From positions 160,001 to 224,000 of the forward strand of contig JAULAX010000005.1 of the NCBI GenBank assembly GCA_032654565.1: a stretch of DNA of 64,000 nt, read 5' to 3'. Positions 42,882-55,146 of this stretch are shown piece after piece (the stretch's first letter is position 1; every line of letters starts with the position of its first letter). The notes under the pieces were generated by a model. It made no database searches. It was not told the origin of the DNA and saw only the letters and a list, made by a program, of their open reading frames with translations. This DNA comes from Anaeromyxobacteraceae bacterium (lineage in GTDB: Bacteria > Myxococcota > Myxococcia > Myxococcales > Anaeromyxobacteraceae). The translations under genes and the position numbers were made by a program.

Positions 42882-45800
42882 ATGGACCGATCTGGACAGC
42901 TTCACTACGGGGCAAGCCCGGTGCCGGGAGACGACCGGCTGGCCTCGGGCCGGCTGGTCCGGGCCTTCGGCGAGGACTGCTACGTCATCGAGGACGCCCA
43001 GGCCCTGCGCCCCTTCCTCACCAGCGTGGTCAGCGACTCGGATCACTGGCTCTTCGTGGCCAGCAACGGCGGCCTGACCGCCGGCCGGCGCAGCCCGGCC
43101 ACCGCCCTCTTCCCCTACGTCACCGAGGACAAGCTGGCCGACTCCCCCGGCGTCACCGGGCCGGTCACCTCGCTGATCGCCACCCGGGCCGGCCGGCGCG
43201 CCCTCTGGCACCCGCTCGCCGACGGCGACCGGCTGGTCTACCGCACCCGCCGCCGGCTCTACCGCAACGTGCTCGGCACCCGGCTGGTCTTCGAGGAGGA
43301 GAACGACGCCCTCGGCCTCACCTTCCGCGCCTCCTGGCGCACCAGCGACCGCTTCGGCTTCGTGCGCGAGTGCACGCTGCTCAACCGCGGAGACGGGCCG
43401 GTGGCCGTCGCCCTGCTCGACGGGCTGCTCAACCTGCTCCCCGGCGACGCCGACGAGCTGCTCCAGCAGGGGTACAGCGTGCTGCTCGACGCCTACAAGC
43501 AGGCCGAGCGGCTCCCCGGCTCGACGCTGGCGGTCTACACGCTGGCGGCCCAGGTGGTGGACCGGCCCGAGCCGCGCGAGGCGCTCCACGCCACCACCGC
43601 CTGGAGCCACGGGCTCCCCGGCGCCCGGGTCCAGCTCACCGCCGCGGCGCTCCAGGCCTTCGACCGCGGCGCGGCCACCACGCCGGCCGACGCCGTCCGC
43701 GGCCAGCGCGGCGCCTACCTCTGCGAGGCGGACTTCGAGCTGGCCGCCGGCGCCGAGCAGGGCTGGCTGCTGGTGGCCGACGTGGCCCGCACCCAGCAGG
43801 ACGTGGCCCGCCTGGTGGAGCAGCTGCGCCACCCCGAGCCGCTGGTGGCCGAGCTGCAGGCCGACGTGGACCGCGGCGTGGCGCGCATCGAGCAGCTGCT
43901 GGCGGCCACCGACGGCGCCCAGCTCTCCGCCGACCGGCTGGCGGCGGCCCACCACCTCTCCAACGTGCTCTTCAACGACCTGCGCGGCGGCGTCTTCGCC
44001 CACGGCACCGGCATCCCGGGGCGGGACTTCGAGGCCTTCGTCCGCGCCGCCAACCGGCCGGCCTGGGCCCGCCACGCCGCCGCCCTGGCGGCCCTGCCCG
44101 AGCTGGAGCCGCGGGAGGCCCACCTGGCCCGCGTCGAGGCGATGGGCGACCCCGACCTGACCCGGCTCTCCGCCGAGTACCTGCCGCTCTGCTTCAGCCG
44201 GCGCCACGGCGACCCCAGTCGCCCCTGGAACCGCTTCGACATCCGGGTGCGCGACGAGCGCGGCGCCCCGGTGCTCGACTACCAGGGGAACTGGCGGGAC
44301 ATCTTCCAGAACTGGGAGGCGCTGGCGAGGAGCTTCCCCGGCTTCGCCGAGCAGATGCTGGCCAAGTTCGTCAACGCCTCCACCGTCGACGGCCACAACC
44401 CCTACCGGATCGGCCGCGACGGCATCGACTGGGAGGTCCCCGAGCCGGGCAACCCCTGGTCGACCATCGGCTACTGGGGCGATCACCAGCTGGTCTACCT
44501 GCTGCGGCTCATGGAGCTCTCGCTGGCCCACCACCCGGCGGCGCTCCCGGCCTGGCTGGAGCGACCGCTCTTCACCTACGCCGAGGTGCCGTACCTCTAC
44601 CGGCCCTACGCCGACATCGTCGCCGACCCGCGCAACACCATCACCTTCGACGAGGCGCGCCAGGCGCGGCTGCTGGCCCGGACCCCGACCCTCGGCTCCG
44701 ACGCCCGGCTGCTGCACGGCGAGGCCGGGCTGGTGCGGGTGACGCTGGTGGAGAAGCTGCTGGTGCCGGCGCTGGCCAAGCTGGCCAACTTCGTGCCCGG
44801 CGGCGGCGTCTGGATGAACACCCAGCGGCCGGAGTGGAACGACGCCAACAACGCCCTGGTCGGCTACGGCGTCTCGATGGTGACGCTCTGCCACCTGGAG
44901 CGCTACCTGGTGGCGCTGGCCGGCCTGCTCGGCCCGCTGGCCGGCCGCCGCACCCCGCTCTCCGCCGAGGTGGCCATCTGGCTCGAGGAGACGCGGGCCG
45001 CGCTGGAGGCCCACCGGCCGGCGCTGGAGGGCGGCGGCTTCGACGACGCCGCCCGCGGCCGGCTCATGGAGGCGCTCGGCACCGCCGCCGGGGCCTACCG
45101 GGCCACCGTCTACGAGCAGGGCTTCACCGGCCCGGTGCCGGTGGCGGTCGACGAGCTGCTGGCGCTGGCCACGCTGGCCGGGACCTTCCTGCGCCAGACC
45201 ATCGCCGCGGCCCGCCGGCCGGACGGCCTCTTCCACGCCTACAACGTGCTGGTGCCCCGCGGCGCCGGTGGCGGCTTCGGCGTCGAGCACCTCGAGGAGA
45301 TGCTGGAGGGGCAGGTGGCGGCGCTCACCACCCGGGCCGTCGACGACGAGGCGGCCTGCGGCGTGCTGGAGGCGCTGCGGCAGAGCCGGCTCTACCGCCC
45401 CGATCAGCAGAGCTACCTGCTCTACCCGGACCGGCGGCTACCCGGCTTCCTGGAGAAGAACGTCATCCCCGAGGCGGCGCTGGGCGCCGCGCCGCTGCTG
45501 GCCCGGCTGCTGGCGGCCGGCGACCAGCGGGTGGTGCTGCGCGACGCCGCCGGACGGCTGCGCTTCCACGGCGCCCTGCACAACGCCGAGGCCTGCGCCG
45601 CGGCGCTGCGCGCCCTGCCGGCGGGCGGGACCCCCGGCGCCGGCGAGGCCGAGGTGGCGGCGGTGCTCGAGGTCTACGAGTCGGTCTTCCACCACCGGGC
45701 CTTCACCGGCCGCAGCGGCACCATGTTCGCCTACGAGGGGCTGGGGAGCATCTACTGGCACATGGTGGGCAAGCTGCTGCTGGCGGTGCAGGAGCGGTTC

Positions 45801-46352
45801 GTCGAGGCGGCCGAGCGCGGCGCGCCGGCGCCCCTGCTGGCGCGGCTGGCGGCCCACTACGAGGCCATCCGGGCCGGCATGGGCGGGGCCGAGAAGTCGC
45901 CGGCCGCCTGGGGCGCCTTCCCGCTCGACGCCTACTCCCACTCGCCGGCCCACGGCGGCGCCCGGCAGCCGGGCATGACCGGCCAGGTGAAGGAGGAGAT
46001 CCTGCTGCGGCTCGGCGAGCTGGGGGTGCTGGTGCGCGGCGGCCTGGTCTCGTTCCGGCCGCGGCTGCTGCGGCGGGCCGAGGCGCTGGCCGCCCCGGCC
46101 CGCTTCGAGCCGCTGGCCGCCGACGGCACGCGGCGGCGGCTGGAGCTGCCGGCCGGAACCCTGGCCTTCACCCTCTGCCAGGTGCCGGTGGTCTATCACC
46201 ACGGCGAGCCGCGCCGCGTCGTCGTGACCGGCGCCGACGGGAACAGCCGCACCCTGCCCGGCGACACCCTCGACGCCGCCGGCTCGGCGGCCCTCTTCGA
46301 GCGCTCCGGGCGGATCGAGCGGATCGACGTCTGGACCACCCCGGGGCGGTGA
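42882..46352 (+). CDS. GH149 beta-1,3-glucan phosphorylase
   Basis: ~1150 aa with FSRRHGDPSRPWNRF, YQGNWRDIFQNWEAL, WMNTQRPEWNDANNALVG, YEGLGSIYWHM, YSHSP...QPGMTGQVKE. Confidence 0.85.
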   Translation: MDRSGQLHYGASPVPGDDRLASGRLVRAFGEDCYVIEDAQALRPFLTSVVSDSDHWLFVASNGGLTAGRRSPATALFPYVTEDKLADSPGVTGPVTSLIATRAGRRALWHPLADGDRLVYRTRRRLYRNVLGTRLVFEEENDALGLTFRASWRTSDRFGFVRECTLLNRGDGPVAVALLDGLLNLLPGDADELLQQGYSVLLDAYKQAERLPGSTLAVYTLAAQVVDRPEPREALHATTAWSHGLPGARVQLTAAALQAFDRGAATTPADAVRGQRGAYLCEADFELAAGAEQGWLLVADVARTQQDVARLVEQLRHPEPLVAELQADVDRGVARIEQLLAATDGAQLSADRLAAAHHLSNVLFNDLRGGVFAHGTGIPGRDFEAFVRAANRPAWARHAAALAALPELEPREAHLARVEAMGDPDLTRLSAEYLPLCFSRRHGDPSRPWNRFDIRVRDERGAPVLDYQGNWRDIFQNWEALARSFPGFAEQMLAKFVNASTVDGHNPYRIGRDGIDWEVPEPGNPWSTIGYWGDHQLVYLLRLMELSLAHHPAALPAWLERPLFTYAEVPYLYRPYADIVADPRNTITFDEARQARLLARTPTLGSDARLLHGEAGLVRVTLVEKLLVPALAKLANFVPGGGVWMNTQRPEWNDANNALVGYGVSMVTLCHLERYLVALAGLLGPLAGRRTPLSAEVAIWLEETRAALEAHRPALEGGGFDDAARGRLMEALGTAAGAYRATVYEQGFTGPVPVAVDELLALATLAGTFLRQTIAAARRPDGLFHAYNVLVPRGAGGGFGVEHLEEMLEGQVAALTTRAVDDEAACGVLEALRQSRLYRPDQQSYLLYPDRRLPGFLEKNVIPEAALGAAPLLARLLAAGDQRVVLRDAAGRLRFHGALHNAEACAAALRALPAGGTPGAGEAEVAAVLEVYESVFHHRAFTGRSGTMFAYEGLGSIYWHMVGKLLLAVQERFVEAAERGAPAPLLARLAAHYEAIRAGMGGAEKSPAAWGAFPLDAYSHSPAHGGARQPGMTGQVKEEILLRLGELGVLVRGGLVSFRPRLLRRAEALAAPARFEPLAADGTRRRLELPAGTLAFTLCQVPVVYHHGEPRRVVVTGADGNSRTLPGDTLDAAGSAALFERSGRIERIDVWTTPGR

Positions 46353-46424
46353 GCGAGGCCGCCCCGCCGCCCGCGGATTTGCTACCCTGCCTTTACGGTC
46401 CCCCCGGGCCGGGAGGCGCACCGC

Positions 46425-46967
46425 ATGTGGTTCCTGCTTCTGGCGATCGGCGCGGTGGTGGTGCAGCTGGCGGGCGTCCCCGCCAGCCGCCGGCTGCCGG
46501 TGCCCCCGCCGCCCGAGGTCCTGCTGGTGGCCTGGTTCCTCTTCGCCGCCGCCGTCCGGCTGGCGGTGCTGCGGCTCCGCCTCGCCTCCTTCGAGCGCAA
46601 GGCCCGGCGGCTGGCGCGCCGCACCAAGGACGCCGCCGTCTCGCCCATCGGCGAGCTCGGCCTCGGTGTGGGGCGCGGGGCGCTGCAGGCGGTGGGCGGC
46701 GACGTGCTGGGGGCCTCGCTCTCGCTGGTGGCGGCGCTGCTGCGCGGCACCGCCGGCACGCTCCGCACCCCGCCCACCCCGCAGAAGGAGCGGCGGCGCG
46801 CCGCCCGCGGCGAGTGGCTGGCGGCGACGGCCTGCGTGGTGGGGGTGGGGCTCACCTGTGCCGGCCTGTCCTGGTGGCCGCTGGTCGGGGCCCGCGCCAC
46901 CCGCGCCGCGGCGCCGGCGCTGCGCTCCATCGGCCTGGTGCCGACCCAGGCCAGCCCGGGGCGCTGA
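46425..46967 (+). CDS. Hypothetical membrane protein
   Basis: GGAGG RBS, several hydrophobic segments. Confidence 0.55.
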   Translation: MWFLLLAIGAVVVQLAGVPASRRLPVPPPPEVLLVAWFLFAAAVRLAVLRLRLASFERKARRLARRTKDAAVSPIGELGLGVGRGALQAVGGDVLGASLSLVAALLRGTAGTLRTPPTPQKERRRAARGEWLAATACVVGVGLTCAGLSWWPLVGARATRAAAPALRSIGLVPTQASPGR

Positions 46968-46975
46968 CCCCGGGG

Positions 46976-47728
46976 CTACCCGGCCCGCGCCACGGCCCCG
47001 AGGATCCCCCGGCCGTTGGGCAGGGCGGCCTGGATGGCGGCCCGCGTCGCCTCCTTGAGCGCCGACGGGTCGTTGCCGAACTGGGCCGGGTGGAGGGGGT
47101 CGAGCACCTGCACCCTGGCCCTCATCGCGGTGCGGAAGAAGAAGCCGTGCTTGGGGATGGCGTCGCCGGTGCCGGTCACCGCCATCGGGTAGATCGGGCA
47201 GTTGGCCTCGCAGGCCAGCTTGAAGGCCCCCTCCTTGAACGGCAGCAGCTCGCCGTCCTCCGAGCGGGTCCCCTCCGGGAAGATCATCAGCGGCACGCCG
47301 CGGTCGAGGTTGGCGCGGCAGCGGGCCATCATGGTGCGCACCGAGTCGCGGTCGCCGCGCCAGATGGGCACGTAGTCGGCCAGCCGCATGTTCCAGCCCA
47401 CGAAGGGGATCCGGAACAGCACCCCCTTGGCCACCCACTTGAAGGGCGTGAAGAGGCCGTCGAGCACCAGGATGTCGAGGATGGAGAGGTGGTTGGCGAC
47501 GAACACCGCCGGCCGGTTCCAGGGCAGCTTCTCCCGCCCCTCGATCTTCACCGTCCAGATGGGGTTGATCCAGACGTAGAGCATCCCCTGGAAGCAGCTG
47601 AAGAGGTGGGACCAGGTGCGCCGGCGGTCGAACGGCAACGTCACCAGGAAGATGAGGAACTGGATGGTGATCAGCGGCGGCAGCGAGACCACGAAGAAGA
47701 GCCAGTAGAAGATGGAGAAGAGGGCCAT
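46976..47728 (-). CDS. plsC: 1-acyl-sn-glycerol-3-phosphate acyltransferase
   Basis: NHLSILD, FPEGTRS, FKEGAF. Confidence 0.88.
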   Translation of the reverse strand: MALFSIFYWLFFVVSLPPLITIQFLIFLVTLPFDRRRTWSHLFSCFQGMLYVWINPIWTVKIEGREKLPWNRPAVFVANHLSILDILVLDGLFTPFKWVAKGVLFRIPFVGWNMRLADYVPIWRGDRDSVRTMMARCRANLDRGVPLMIFPEGTRSEDGELLPFKEGAFKLACEANCPIYPMAVTGTGDAIPKHGFFFRTAMRARVQVLDPLHPAQFGNDPSALKEATRAAIQAALPNGRGILGAVARAG

Positions 47729-47744
47729 GGGGTGGGGAGTCGGT

Positions 47745-49079
47745 TCAGGGGACCGGCGGCGTGCCCGGGGGGGCGGAGGCGGCCACCGCCTCGAGGATGC
47801 GGTAGGTGCCGAACTTGGGGAGCCGCATGTAGCCGGCCCAGGCCGCCGAGGCCAGCAGGCCGTCGGAGAGCCAGTCGGAGAACCACTCGGAGGCGAAGCG
47901 GGCGTCGCGCTGCTTGAGGGCGGCGCCGCCCTCGCGCGCCCAGCGCCGGTTGTAGCGCTCGTGGACGCCCACCGGGGGGGCCGAGATCAGCGGCAGCCCC
48001 AGCGCGGCGTAGAAGGTCAGCTCCGAGGGCTTGGTCCAGAGCACGTCGGTGCGGGCCAGCAGGGCGTTGAACTGGGAGTAATACTCGGGGAAGCTGGGGG
48101 CGCGCAGCAGCTCCAGGGCGCCGCCCAGGTGCCCCTCCAGCCGGGCGCCGTGGATGGCCTCCCGGAAGCGGGCCTCCACCTCGGGGCGGACCCCGGCCAC
48201 CAGGGCGATGCGGATGCGGCCGGCGTCGAGCAGGGGCCGGAAGCCGGGGAGGAAGTCGCGCGCCAGCTCCACCTGGGCCCCGGCGCCGCCCACCGCGAAG
48301 GTCAGGAGCGGCGGCCGGCCCTCCTCCTCGGCCGGCAGCGGGACGCCGAGGAAGTGGGCCAGCTCCTCCGGCATCTCGCGGCGGAACTCGCCGGAGGGGT
48401 CGAGCCGGACCAGCCGCGCCGCCAGGTTTCGCTTCAGCGCCGGCAGGGCCGGCCCCCCCAGCAGCTCGTGGGGGAGCGGGAAGCCGGTGAAGGTGATGCG
48501 CACCTCGGGGACGCCGTAGGCCAGCAGCCGCCGGGCGGCGCGCCGGGTCGGCACCAGGTACTGGATGCGGGTGGTCTCCGGCTCGGCCGGCACCCAGATC
48601 CGGTTGATGTCCGAGTCGGTCACCACGCAGAAGATCCGGTCGTGGCCGGCGCGGTCGGCGACGATGGCCGGCGAGTAGAAGGTGGTGAGCAGGGGCGCCC
48701 GGGTCTCGGCCAGCCGGGCCACCAGCCCGGCGCCGAGGTTGCGGCGGATGAGCCGCTCCAGGGTGATCACCGAGCGGGTCGGCGCCGACAGGTCGCGGTA
48801 CGGGTGGAGGCGGGGGATGTCGGTGATGCCGTCGAGCAGCAGCCGCAGCGGGGCGCCGATGACCGGCACCTGGGAGAGGCGCGAGACCAGCTCGTAGGCC
48901 CGGCGCACCCGGGCCCAGAGCTTCTCCTCCCCCGGCGCCACCACCGGCGGCTGGTCGACGTGGACCACCGTGGTCCCCAGCCCCTCGGCCAGGGGCATGG
49001 CCGCCCGCAGGTGGCCGTAGCCCATCTCCACGGCGACGACGAGGGGCAGGACGGGGGGGAGCTGGGGGGTGGTCGGCAT
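47745..49079 (-). CDS. GT-B-like protein (MGDG-synthase/UDP-glycosyltransferase-like)
   Basis: [33 protein letters not shown]. Confidence 0.55.
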   Translation of the reverse strand: MPTTPQLPPVLPLVVAVEMGYGHLRAAMPLAEGLGTTVVHVDQPPVVAPGEEKLWARVRRAYELVSRLSQVPVIGAPLRLLLDGITDIPRLHPYRDLSAPTRSVITLERLIRRNLGAGLVARLAETRAPLLTTFYSPAIVADRAGHDRIFCVVTDSDINRIWVPAEPETTRIQYLVPTRRAARRLLAYGVPEVRITFTGFPLPHELLGGPALPALKRNLAARLVRLDPSGEFRREMPEELAHFLGVPLPAEEEGRPPLLTFAVGGAGAQVELARDFLPGFRPLLDAGRIRIALVAGVRPEVEARFREAIHGARLEGHLGGALELLRAPSFPEYYSQFNALLARTDVLWTKPSELTFYAALGLPLISAPPVGVHERYNRRWAREGGAALKQRDARFASEWFSDWLSDGLLASAAWAGYMRLPKFGTYRILEAVAASAPPGTPPVP

Positions 49080-49351
49080 GGCGGCGAGGGGCACAAAGGT
49101 ACCAGAGGTCGAGGAGATGGGTCGAATCGGCGGCTGGCGGCGCGGTGCGGCGAGCGGGGTCGAGCCGCGGCGCGTCACCTGGGGGTCTCACCCGGCGATG
49201 TCACGCAGCGGCGAGGCGCCGCCGTCCCGGCCCGCCACGATCTGGCTTCCGATCGTGGTTTTTTTCGGCTAATGATTTTTCCCGTCCAGCCTGCGGACGC
49301 TGGATCGACTGTCATCTCGGCGGCTCGAATCGAAGAAAGCGACTCAACAGC

Positions 49352-49555
49352 ATGGCGACCGGTACCGTGAAGTGGTTCAACGATGCGAAGGGCTTCGGCT
49401 TCATCACCCAGGACAACGGCGGTGAAGACGTCTTCTGTCACTACAGCGCCATCAACGCGGACGGCTTCAAGAGCCTGTCCGAGGGGCAGAAGGTCGAGTT
49501 CGACGTGGTCAAGGGGCCCAAGGGGCTCCAGGCCGCGAACGTTCGCAAGGCCTGA
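49352..49555 (+). CDS. Cold-shock protein
   Basis: [18 protein letters not shown]...DVFCHYSAI...KGLQAANV. Confidence 0.95.
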   Translation: MATGTVKWFNDAKGFGFITQDNGGEDVFCHYSAINADGFKSLSEGQKVEFDVVKGPKGLQAANVRKA

Positions 49556-49578
49556 GTTCTCCCCCGCGCAACCGCAGT

Positions 49579-49620
49579 GACCGGCCCGGCCCCTCGCCCC
49601 CAGGGGGGCCGGGCCGTTCA
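49579..49620. terminator. GC hairpin between the convergent csp and FKBP genes
   Basis: cggcccggccc...gggccgggccg inverted repeat. Confidence 0.55.
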
Positions 49621-49675
49621 CGTTCCAGGGCGGTGCGCCGCGGCGCCGCCGGGCGCTACGAGCCGACGCCAGGCG

Positions 49676-50002
49676 CTACGCGCCGACGCCGAGCAGCTCC
49701 ACCTCGAAGACCAGCGTCGCCTGGGAGGGGATGACGCCGGGGAAGCCGCGCATCCCGTAGCCGAGCTCGGGCGGGATGGTGAGCTTGCGCTTCCCGCCCA
49801 CCTTCATGCCGGCCACGCCCTGGTCCCAGCCCTTGATCACCTCGCCGGCCCCCAGCCTGAAGGCGAAGGGGGCCCCGCCGCGCGAGGAGTCGAACTGCTT
49901 CCCGTCGAGCAGCCGGCCGGTGTAGTGGACCTCGACCCGCGCCCCGGCCCTGGCCTCGGCGCCGGTGCCCAGCTGCTGCTCCTCGATCTCGACCGTGCCC
50001 AT
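49676..50002 (-). CDS. FKBP-type peptidyl-prolyl isomerase
   Basis: [40 protein letters not shown]. Confidence 0.95.
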   Translation of the reverse strand: MGTVEIEEQQLGTGAEARAGARVEVHYTGRLLDGKQFDSSRGGAPFAFRLGAGEVIKGWDQGVAGMKVGGKRKLTIPPELGYGMRGFPGVIPSQATLVFEVELLGVGA

Positions 50003-50014
50003 GTCGACCTCCAG

Positions 50015-51577
<1,563 letters not shown>

Positions 51578-51646
51578 GGTGGCGGCCTCCGCTGTCCTGA
51601 TAGCACGGACGGGGGCGCCGGCGAGGCGCTCCCGCACCACCGGGCA

Positions 51647-54600
51647 CTAGAGGCGGTAGCCGCTCCGCGTGAACCAGCTGGCCCAGGCGCGCGCCGACTG
51701 CTCCCGCTCCGCGGCGGCCTGGTCGGGCGAGTAGGTGACCGGCGGCGGCGCGATCCGCGCCAGCTCGGCGGCGGCGGCGGCCCGCACCTCGCGGTCCTCG
51801 GCGGTCAGGCCACCGAAGAGCCACTCGGCCCGGCCCCGGCCGCGGTTCTCCTTCCACCAGAGCAGCCAGTGGCGCGCCGCGGTGCCGTGGCGCTGCAGGG
51901 TGATGGCGGCGAGGGCCTCGGCGGCGGCCGCGGCGGTGGCGGGATCGCCCCCTTCCAGCGCCTGGATCAGGCTGGGGATCGACTCGGCGTCGCGCAGCGC
52001 CGACAGCGCCCGGGCGGCGGGGGCGGCGCGGGTCGAGAGGCCGGAGGCCAGCGCCCGGCGCAGCCGCTCCGGGATGGGGCGCATGGCCGGCGAGCCGCGG
52101 TGGGCCGCCAGCGCCTCCCGGGCCGCCTCGGCCACCGCCGGGGCCGGATCGAGGCAGCGGTCGGCCAGCGCCGAGAGCGAGGCCGGATCGCCGATGGCGC
52201 CGAGCAGCGCGGCGGCGGCGCGGCGTCGGCCGGAGGCGACGTCGGTGAGGACGGCCAGCAGCGGCGCCACCGCCGCCTGGCCGATGGCGGCCAGGGCGGC
52301 CAGGACCGGCCCCTGGTCGGCGGCCGGGGTGGTGCGGAGCGCCTCGGGCGCCACGTCGAGAGGGCCCGGCAACAGGTCGCAGAGGATGGGGATCACCGCC
52401 GGCTCGGCCAGCAGGCGGGCCAGGGCCTCGGCGCGGGCCGGGGTGGCGGGGGCGGTGGTGAGGTAGGAGCCGACCAGCCAGGCCGGCTCGTCGGGCGGCG
52501 GCTCCGGCGCGGCCTCGGCGGCCGGCGCGGCCAGTTCGTCGGGTTCGGGCCCGGGCTCGGCGGCCGGCTCCGGCGGCGGCGCCGGGTCGGGGTCGAGCGG
52601 CGGCGGCTCGGGCAGCGACTCCGGCTCCGGCAGCGCGATCTCCGAGGTCGTCTCGGTCGCCGCGGACGCCTCCCGCTCCACCAGCGTGGTGGGCAGCGGC
52701 TCCTCGAATGGAGGCGGCTCGGCCACCGCCGCGGGCTCAGGCTCGGTCTCGGTCTCGGTCTTGGTCTCGGTCTCGGGCTCGGTCTCGGGCTCGGGCGCAG
52801 GCTCAGGCTCGGGATCGGCGGGCGGTGCGGCCGGCGGCTCGGCGTAGGCCTCGGCGATCTCCGGGGGGAGCTCCTCCGGTGGCGGCGGCTCGGGGGGCAG
52901 CGGCTCCGGCTCGGGACCGGTCGCCAGGGGCGCCTCCGGCTCCGGCTCCGCCGGCAGCGGCGGGGGGCTCGGGGCGGTGAAGATCTCGTCCAGGTCGAGG
53001 CGGCCTCCGGCGGCCAGGTACTCGGCCTCGGCCGCGCTCACCGGCTCCACCACGATGCTCGGCCCGCGCCACGCCGGCTCGGGCGTGGAGAAGAAGCTGG
53101 GCGGGGAGGCGAGGACGACCGCCGGCGCGCGCTCGGCGGGTTCCGGGACCGGGACCGGGACCGGCGCGGGCTCGGGTGCCGGCTCCGGCCGGGAGAGAGG
53201 CGAGGGTTCAGGCTCGGGCGCGGGCTCCGATTCCGGCATCGGCACCGGCATCGGCTCCGGCTCCGGCGCTCGCTCGGGTTCGGGGACGAATGCGGATACG
53301 GGCCCTGGCTCGGGCCGCGGCCCCGCCGTCGCCTCCGGCGGTTGCGCCGCGGCCGGCTCCACCTGCGGCGGCGGCTCGGCCAGCGACGGCTCCTCGACGG
53401 GGGGCGGCCGCTCCCCCTTGCGCGACACGATGATCCGCTCGAAGGCGGCGCCGATGGTGGAGCAGAAGAGCAGCAGGTCGCCGAGCCGCCGCGCCGACAC
53501 CGTGGCCGGGCCGTTGTCGGCGTAGAGCAGGCAGACCGGGCGATGGCGCAGCAGGATCGGCGTCACCAGCACGGTGCGCGGCGCGCCGCGCCCCAGGGCG
53601 TCGAGCACCGCCTGGTTGGCCGGCACCTCCCGGTCGACACGCCCCAGGTACGGCGCGGTGGTCTCGATGGCGGTGCGGAAGATGCCGGGGTCGCTGGCGT
53701 AGAGCGCCACGGTGCGGGCCAGGTCCCGGGCGTCGCCCTCGGGGCCGAGGCCGTCGTGGCCGGCCACCGCGTCGCGGGTCACGGCGAAGAGGGTGGCGAA
53801 CTCGAAGAAGTCGCGGGCGTAGCGCAGCGTGGTGACCACCACCTCGTCGCGGGTCCGGGCCTCGGCCAGCGCGGCGCGGGCCTGGGCCAGCGTCCAGCGC
53901 GGCGGCGCCGAGCGGTCGAGCGCGGCCGGCGCCTCATCGTCGATGCCCTCGAGCGCCTCGGAGAGCGCCGCCGAGAGCGGCTCGAGCGGCTCACCCTGCT
54001 CGCGGCCGAAGCCGGCGAAGCCGGGCGGAGGGCGGGTCGGCTCGGGCGCGCCGAAGGAGGTCTCCGCCTCGTGCACCGCTGGCATGGGGGAGCCGAGGTA
54101 GATCCCGGTGGCCGGCGACGGCGTGGCGGGCCCGCCGGAGCCGTCGCCCCCGGCCGGCACCGGCGGCGCGATCGGGGCCGGGGCCGCCACCACGCCCGGG
54201 CTGGTGCCTCGGGCGGCCGCCTGGTCGGCCAGCCGGGCCAGCCGCGGCGGGAGCGCCCCGCCGTAGAGCCGCTGGATGAGCGAGCGGACCCGCCACTCCG
54301 GGCCGACGTGCGGCGCCAGGTGGAGGGAGAGCATGAAGCTCACCTCGTCGAGCAGGGCGAGGTCGACCGGGCAGGTGGCCACCAGCGACAGCTCGCGGCC
54401 GTCGAGCGCGAAGGGGGCGAGGCCGTGGCGCTCGGCCACCTTGGACGGGAAGACCCGGCGGGCCCGGGCGTCCACCTGCTCGTAGGCGGAGAGCGGCGCC
54501 GCCGGCAGGTCGGAGGCGCGGGCCAGGGCCGCCACCAGCTGGTGCTCGGCCACCAGCCCCAGCTCCAGCAGCGCGGTGTCGAGGCTGCCGCCGGCCTCCT

Positions 54601-54682
54601 TCTGCCGCGCCAGGGCGCGCTGCAACCCCTCGGGGGAGACCATCCCCTCCTCGAGAAGGAGCTGTGAGAGCTCGCGCGCCAA
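51647..54682 (-). CDS. Multidomain protein: GSPII/MshEN-like N-terminus, GAF-like domain, Pro/Glu-rich linker, HEAT repeats
   Basis: LSQLLLEEGMVS...LDTALLELGLV; VCLLYADNG; (PE)n tract; RRAAAALLGAIGD repeats; TTG start after GAGGGG. Confidence 0.65.
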   Translation of the reverse strand: MARELSQLLLEEGMVSPEGLQRALARQKEAGGSLDTALLELGLVAEHQLVAALARASDLPAAPLSAYEQVDARARRVFPSKVAERHGLAPFALDGRELSLVATCPVDLALLDEVSFMLSLHLAPHVGPEWRVRSLIQRLYGGALPPRLARLADQAAARGTSPGVVAAPAPIAPPVPAGGDGSGGPATPSPATGIYLGSPMPAVHEAETSFGAPEPTRPPPGFAGFGREQGEPLEPLSAALSEALEGIDDEAPAALDRSAPPRWTLAQARAALAEARTRDEVVVTTLRYARDFFEFATLFAVTRDAVAGHDGLGPEGDARDLARTVALYASDPGIFRTAIETTAPYLGRVDREVPANQAVLDALGRGAPRTVLVTPILLRHRPVCLLYADNGPATVSARRLGDLLLFCSTIGAAFERIIVSRKGERPPPVEEPSLAEPPPQVEPAAAQPPEATAGPRPEPGPVSAFVPEPERAPEPEPMPVPMPESEPAPEPEPSPLSRPEPAPEPAPVPVPVPEPAERAPAVVLASPPSFFSTPEPAWRGPSIVVEPVSAAEAEYLAAGGRLDLDEIFTAPSPPPLPAEPEPEAPLATGPEPEPLPPEPPPPEELPPEIAEAYAEPPAAPPADPEPEPAPEPETEPETETKTETETEPEPAAVAEPPPFEEPLPTTLVEREASAATETTSEIALPEPESLPEPPPLDPDPAPPPEPAAEPGPEPDELAAPAAEAAPEPPPDEPAWLVGSYLTTAPATPARAEALARLLAEPAVIPILCDLLPGPLDVAPEALRTTPAADQGPVLAALAAIGQAAVAPLLAVLTDVASGRRRAAAALLGAIGDPASLSALADRCLDPAPAVAEAAREALAAHRGSPAMRPIPERLRRALASGLSTRAAPAARALSALRDAESIPSLIQALEGGDPATAAAAAEALAAITLQRHGTAARHWLLWWKENRGRGRAEWLFGGLTAEDREVRAAAAAELARIAPPPVTYSPDQAAAEREQSARAWASWFTRSGYRL

Positions 54683-54702
54683 TGGTGATCCCCCTCGCGG
54701 TT

Positions 54703-55137
54703 CTAGGCCCCGGCGGTCGGGCCGGTCAAGGCGTCGACCACGGCCGTGCCGGCCGCCAGGTCGTGCAGGCCACGGCCGGTCCGGGTGAAGAGCGCCAGCA
54801 GCGGGCCGACGCCCAGCAGCGTCACCCCCAGCACCGAGACCGCGGCGCGCCGGGCGCTCCGCCCCAGGCCGGGCCGGGCCCCGTCGGGGCCGACCACCCG
54901 CACCCCCCGCGACCGCTGGCCGAAGGTGGCGCCCAGCAACCAGTGGCAGAGCAGCTGGTAGACGAAGCCGGCCAGCGCCACCGCGGTCAGCGCCGGGAGC
55001 AGCAGCCCCGGCTCGAACCCCAGCCAGGTGGCCAGGCCGGCGGCGACCAGCGCGAAGGGCAGGCCGTCGAGGACCCAGGCGGCGGCGCGGCGGCCCGACG
55101 GGGCGCGGCGCAGCTCGATGACGGGACCCTCGACCAT
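54703..55137 (-). CDS. RDD-family membrane protein
   Basis: RRAAAWVLD, GATFGQR..GVRVV, RGLHDLAAGTAVV. Confidence 0.85.
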   Translation of the reverse strand: MVEGPVIELRRAPSGRRAAAWVLDGLPFALVAAGLATWLGFEPGLLLPALTAVALAGFVYQLLCHWLLGATFGQRSRGVRVVGPDGARPGLGRSARRAAVSVLGVTLLGVGPLLALFTRTGRGLHDLAAGTAVVDALTGPTAGA

Positions 55138-55146
55138 GCCGCCACG

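Noticed and set aside
42752..47917. 1721-aa ORF and other very long overlapping ORFs (e.g. 50876-54667, 23796-27227, 16565-19474)
   Set aside because: These are shadow frames of real high-GC genes and lack recognisable motifs
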